A stretch of 62,519 nucleotides of DNA, the filler included, from Choristocarpus tenellus KU-1152 (taxonomy: Eukaryota; Protista; Phaeophyceae): assembly GCA_964200185.2 (NCBI GenBank). It is 11 parts of 11 records of this genome, joined end to end, with 100 filler letters (N's around TTAATTAATTAA, not from the genome) between each part and the next. Parts side by side here need not be neighbours in the genome. Positions count along the whole stretch, not along the records: positions 53,244 to 62,519 come from CAXNAD020003824.1; 10 more parts are not named here. The stretch is one strand, 5' to 3'. Position 1 is the first letter of the stretch. Every line of letters begins with the position of its first letter. A model generated the notes under the pieces. It saw only the letters and a list, made by a program, of their open reading frames with translations, did not search any database and was not told the DNA's origin. Positions 61,391 to 62,519 of the stretch are shown one piece after another. Both the position numbers and the translations under genes were made by a program.

Positions 61391-62519
61391 TGGGAATAAA
61401 GTTTGAGTAGGTTCTTGATGATACAATAGAGGACCTGTCCAATAGGAGCAACCAGTTCGCTGTTGCCTCTTCCACTAACTCTATTGTTGCCAAGCCTTGG
61501 TTGTGTAAGAGTAAGAGTCACCCTGCATCGGGTAGGAAGGAAGACGCATGAGTAACGCTTGCCAGCATGCAGCATGTCATCCCCTTGTCACCCCAGCTGA
61601 AAACTCGAACAACAGACAGGGTCTGGGGATCACACCGTGAAAGCGAGAACTCAACACAGAAGAACGGGACTAAGCCAACTCTCAATTCCACACCAAAAAA
61701 TGGTCGACAGTGAGTGTACTTGCCACCCTCCTGCCAAAAAGCAACAACCTATCTTAGCTCAACCCCCCCTCCCCTCCTTCATTAACACAGGGTGTCATCT
61801 GCATCAATTCCTCGTATACTCAAGCCTTCTTGACCACTCTCACCCTTCCCTAGGACAATGCCCTACAATTCACCATTTTCAGGTGCACACAAGACAAGCA
61901 ACACAGGTCCACACCGTTCTGCCATAAACGTGCCCAACCCGTCTCCAACTTTGGAAGAAGCTTTTGCACAGCTGAGGGCACTCCGGGGTTTGCTTCCACC
62001 TTGCTTGTGGTCAAGACTGTTTCAGAGGTCCTTGAGGGGTAGGTACCGGTACACACATGGCGACATAGCAGACCTCAAGGGATACTTATCTTACCTTTTC
62101 AGACACAACTAGGAATCACTGCATGTCGAATCTACTGGAGGAGTCATGCACTATGGCAGCCCTAACAGGAGCGCATCTGTGTTGCTAAGCAGCATTCCAA
62201 GGTTCAGAATTCCCTCTACTATTTGCAATAAGTCCAACCAATCAGGAAGCACCAGGGTCATCTTGAAGGTGCGCCCTGGAGTCTTAGGGCTCCAGGAAAC
62301 CTTGCAAATTTCGGGTGTGAGCAGTAGAACCCCCATTCACAATTCCACAATATTCACTACGACACCTGCCCAACATATTAGTCAAGCGTGGATATCTATC
62401 TGTCCAGGCTCTTATTGACAAGGGTGCAAGAGGGGGGAACTACACATCATCCACTTTTTTGGTGCAGCACTGTTCTTTTGGGGGGGGGGGGGGGGAGGCA
62501 ATGTCTCGCCGCATCTCCG

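Overview
This is eukaryotic nuclear DNA with short exons and long GT-AG introns. A photosynthetic stramenopile, probably a brown alga or close relative, is my inference from gene structure and TE types. The window is 11 assembly pieces joined by ten artificial 100-bp linkers (N44-TTAATTAATTAA-N44), so neighbourhoods across linkers are not reliable. Nine spliced genes could be reconstructed by hand: the C-terminal part of cobalamin-dependent methionine synthase (METH, -), a complete UBE2J1/Ubc6-type E2 with an unexpected signal-peptide-like leader (+), a small RVxF-motif protein (-), an ankyrin-repeat protein (+), a TBC/RabGAP protein (-), a tandem-module EF-hand protein (+), the stalk/tail of a kinesin-2 KIF3B-like subunit (+), a ~548-aa orphan membrane protein (+) and a PX-like protein (-). 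Most of the rest is transposon debris: a Gypsy integrase, a Copia LTR/PBS/gag plus a solo LTR, a CRE-type RLE fragment, a pogo-like element encoding PHD+HTH, two abundant related MITE families with 4-bp TSDs, and other dispersed and tandem repeats. I cannot demonstrate a complete new system. The best leads are the leader-bearing Ubc6 (possible periplastid/SELMA E2), the PHD-finger pogo transposon, the paired Sola-like MITE families and the putative PP1-docking protein. All coordinates were read manually, and repeat edges are approximate unless TSDs are given.
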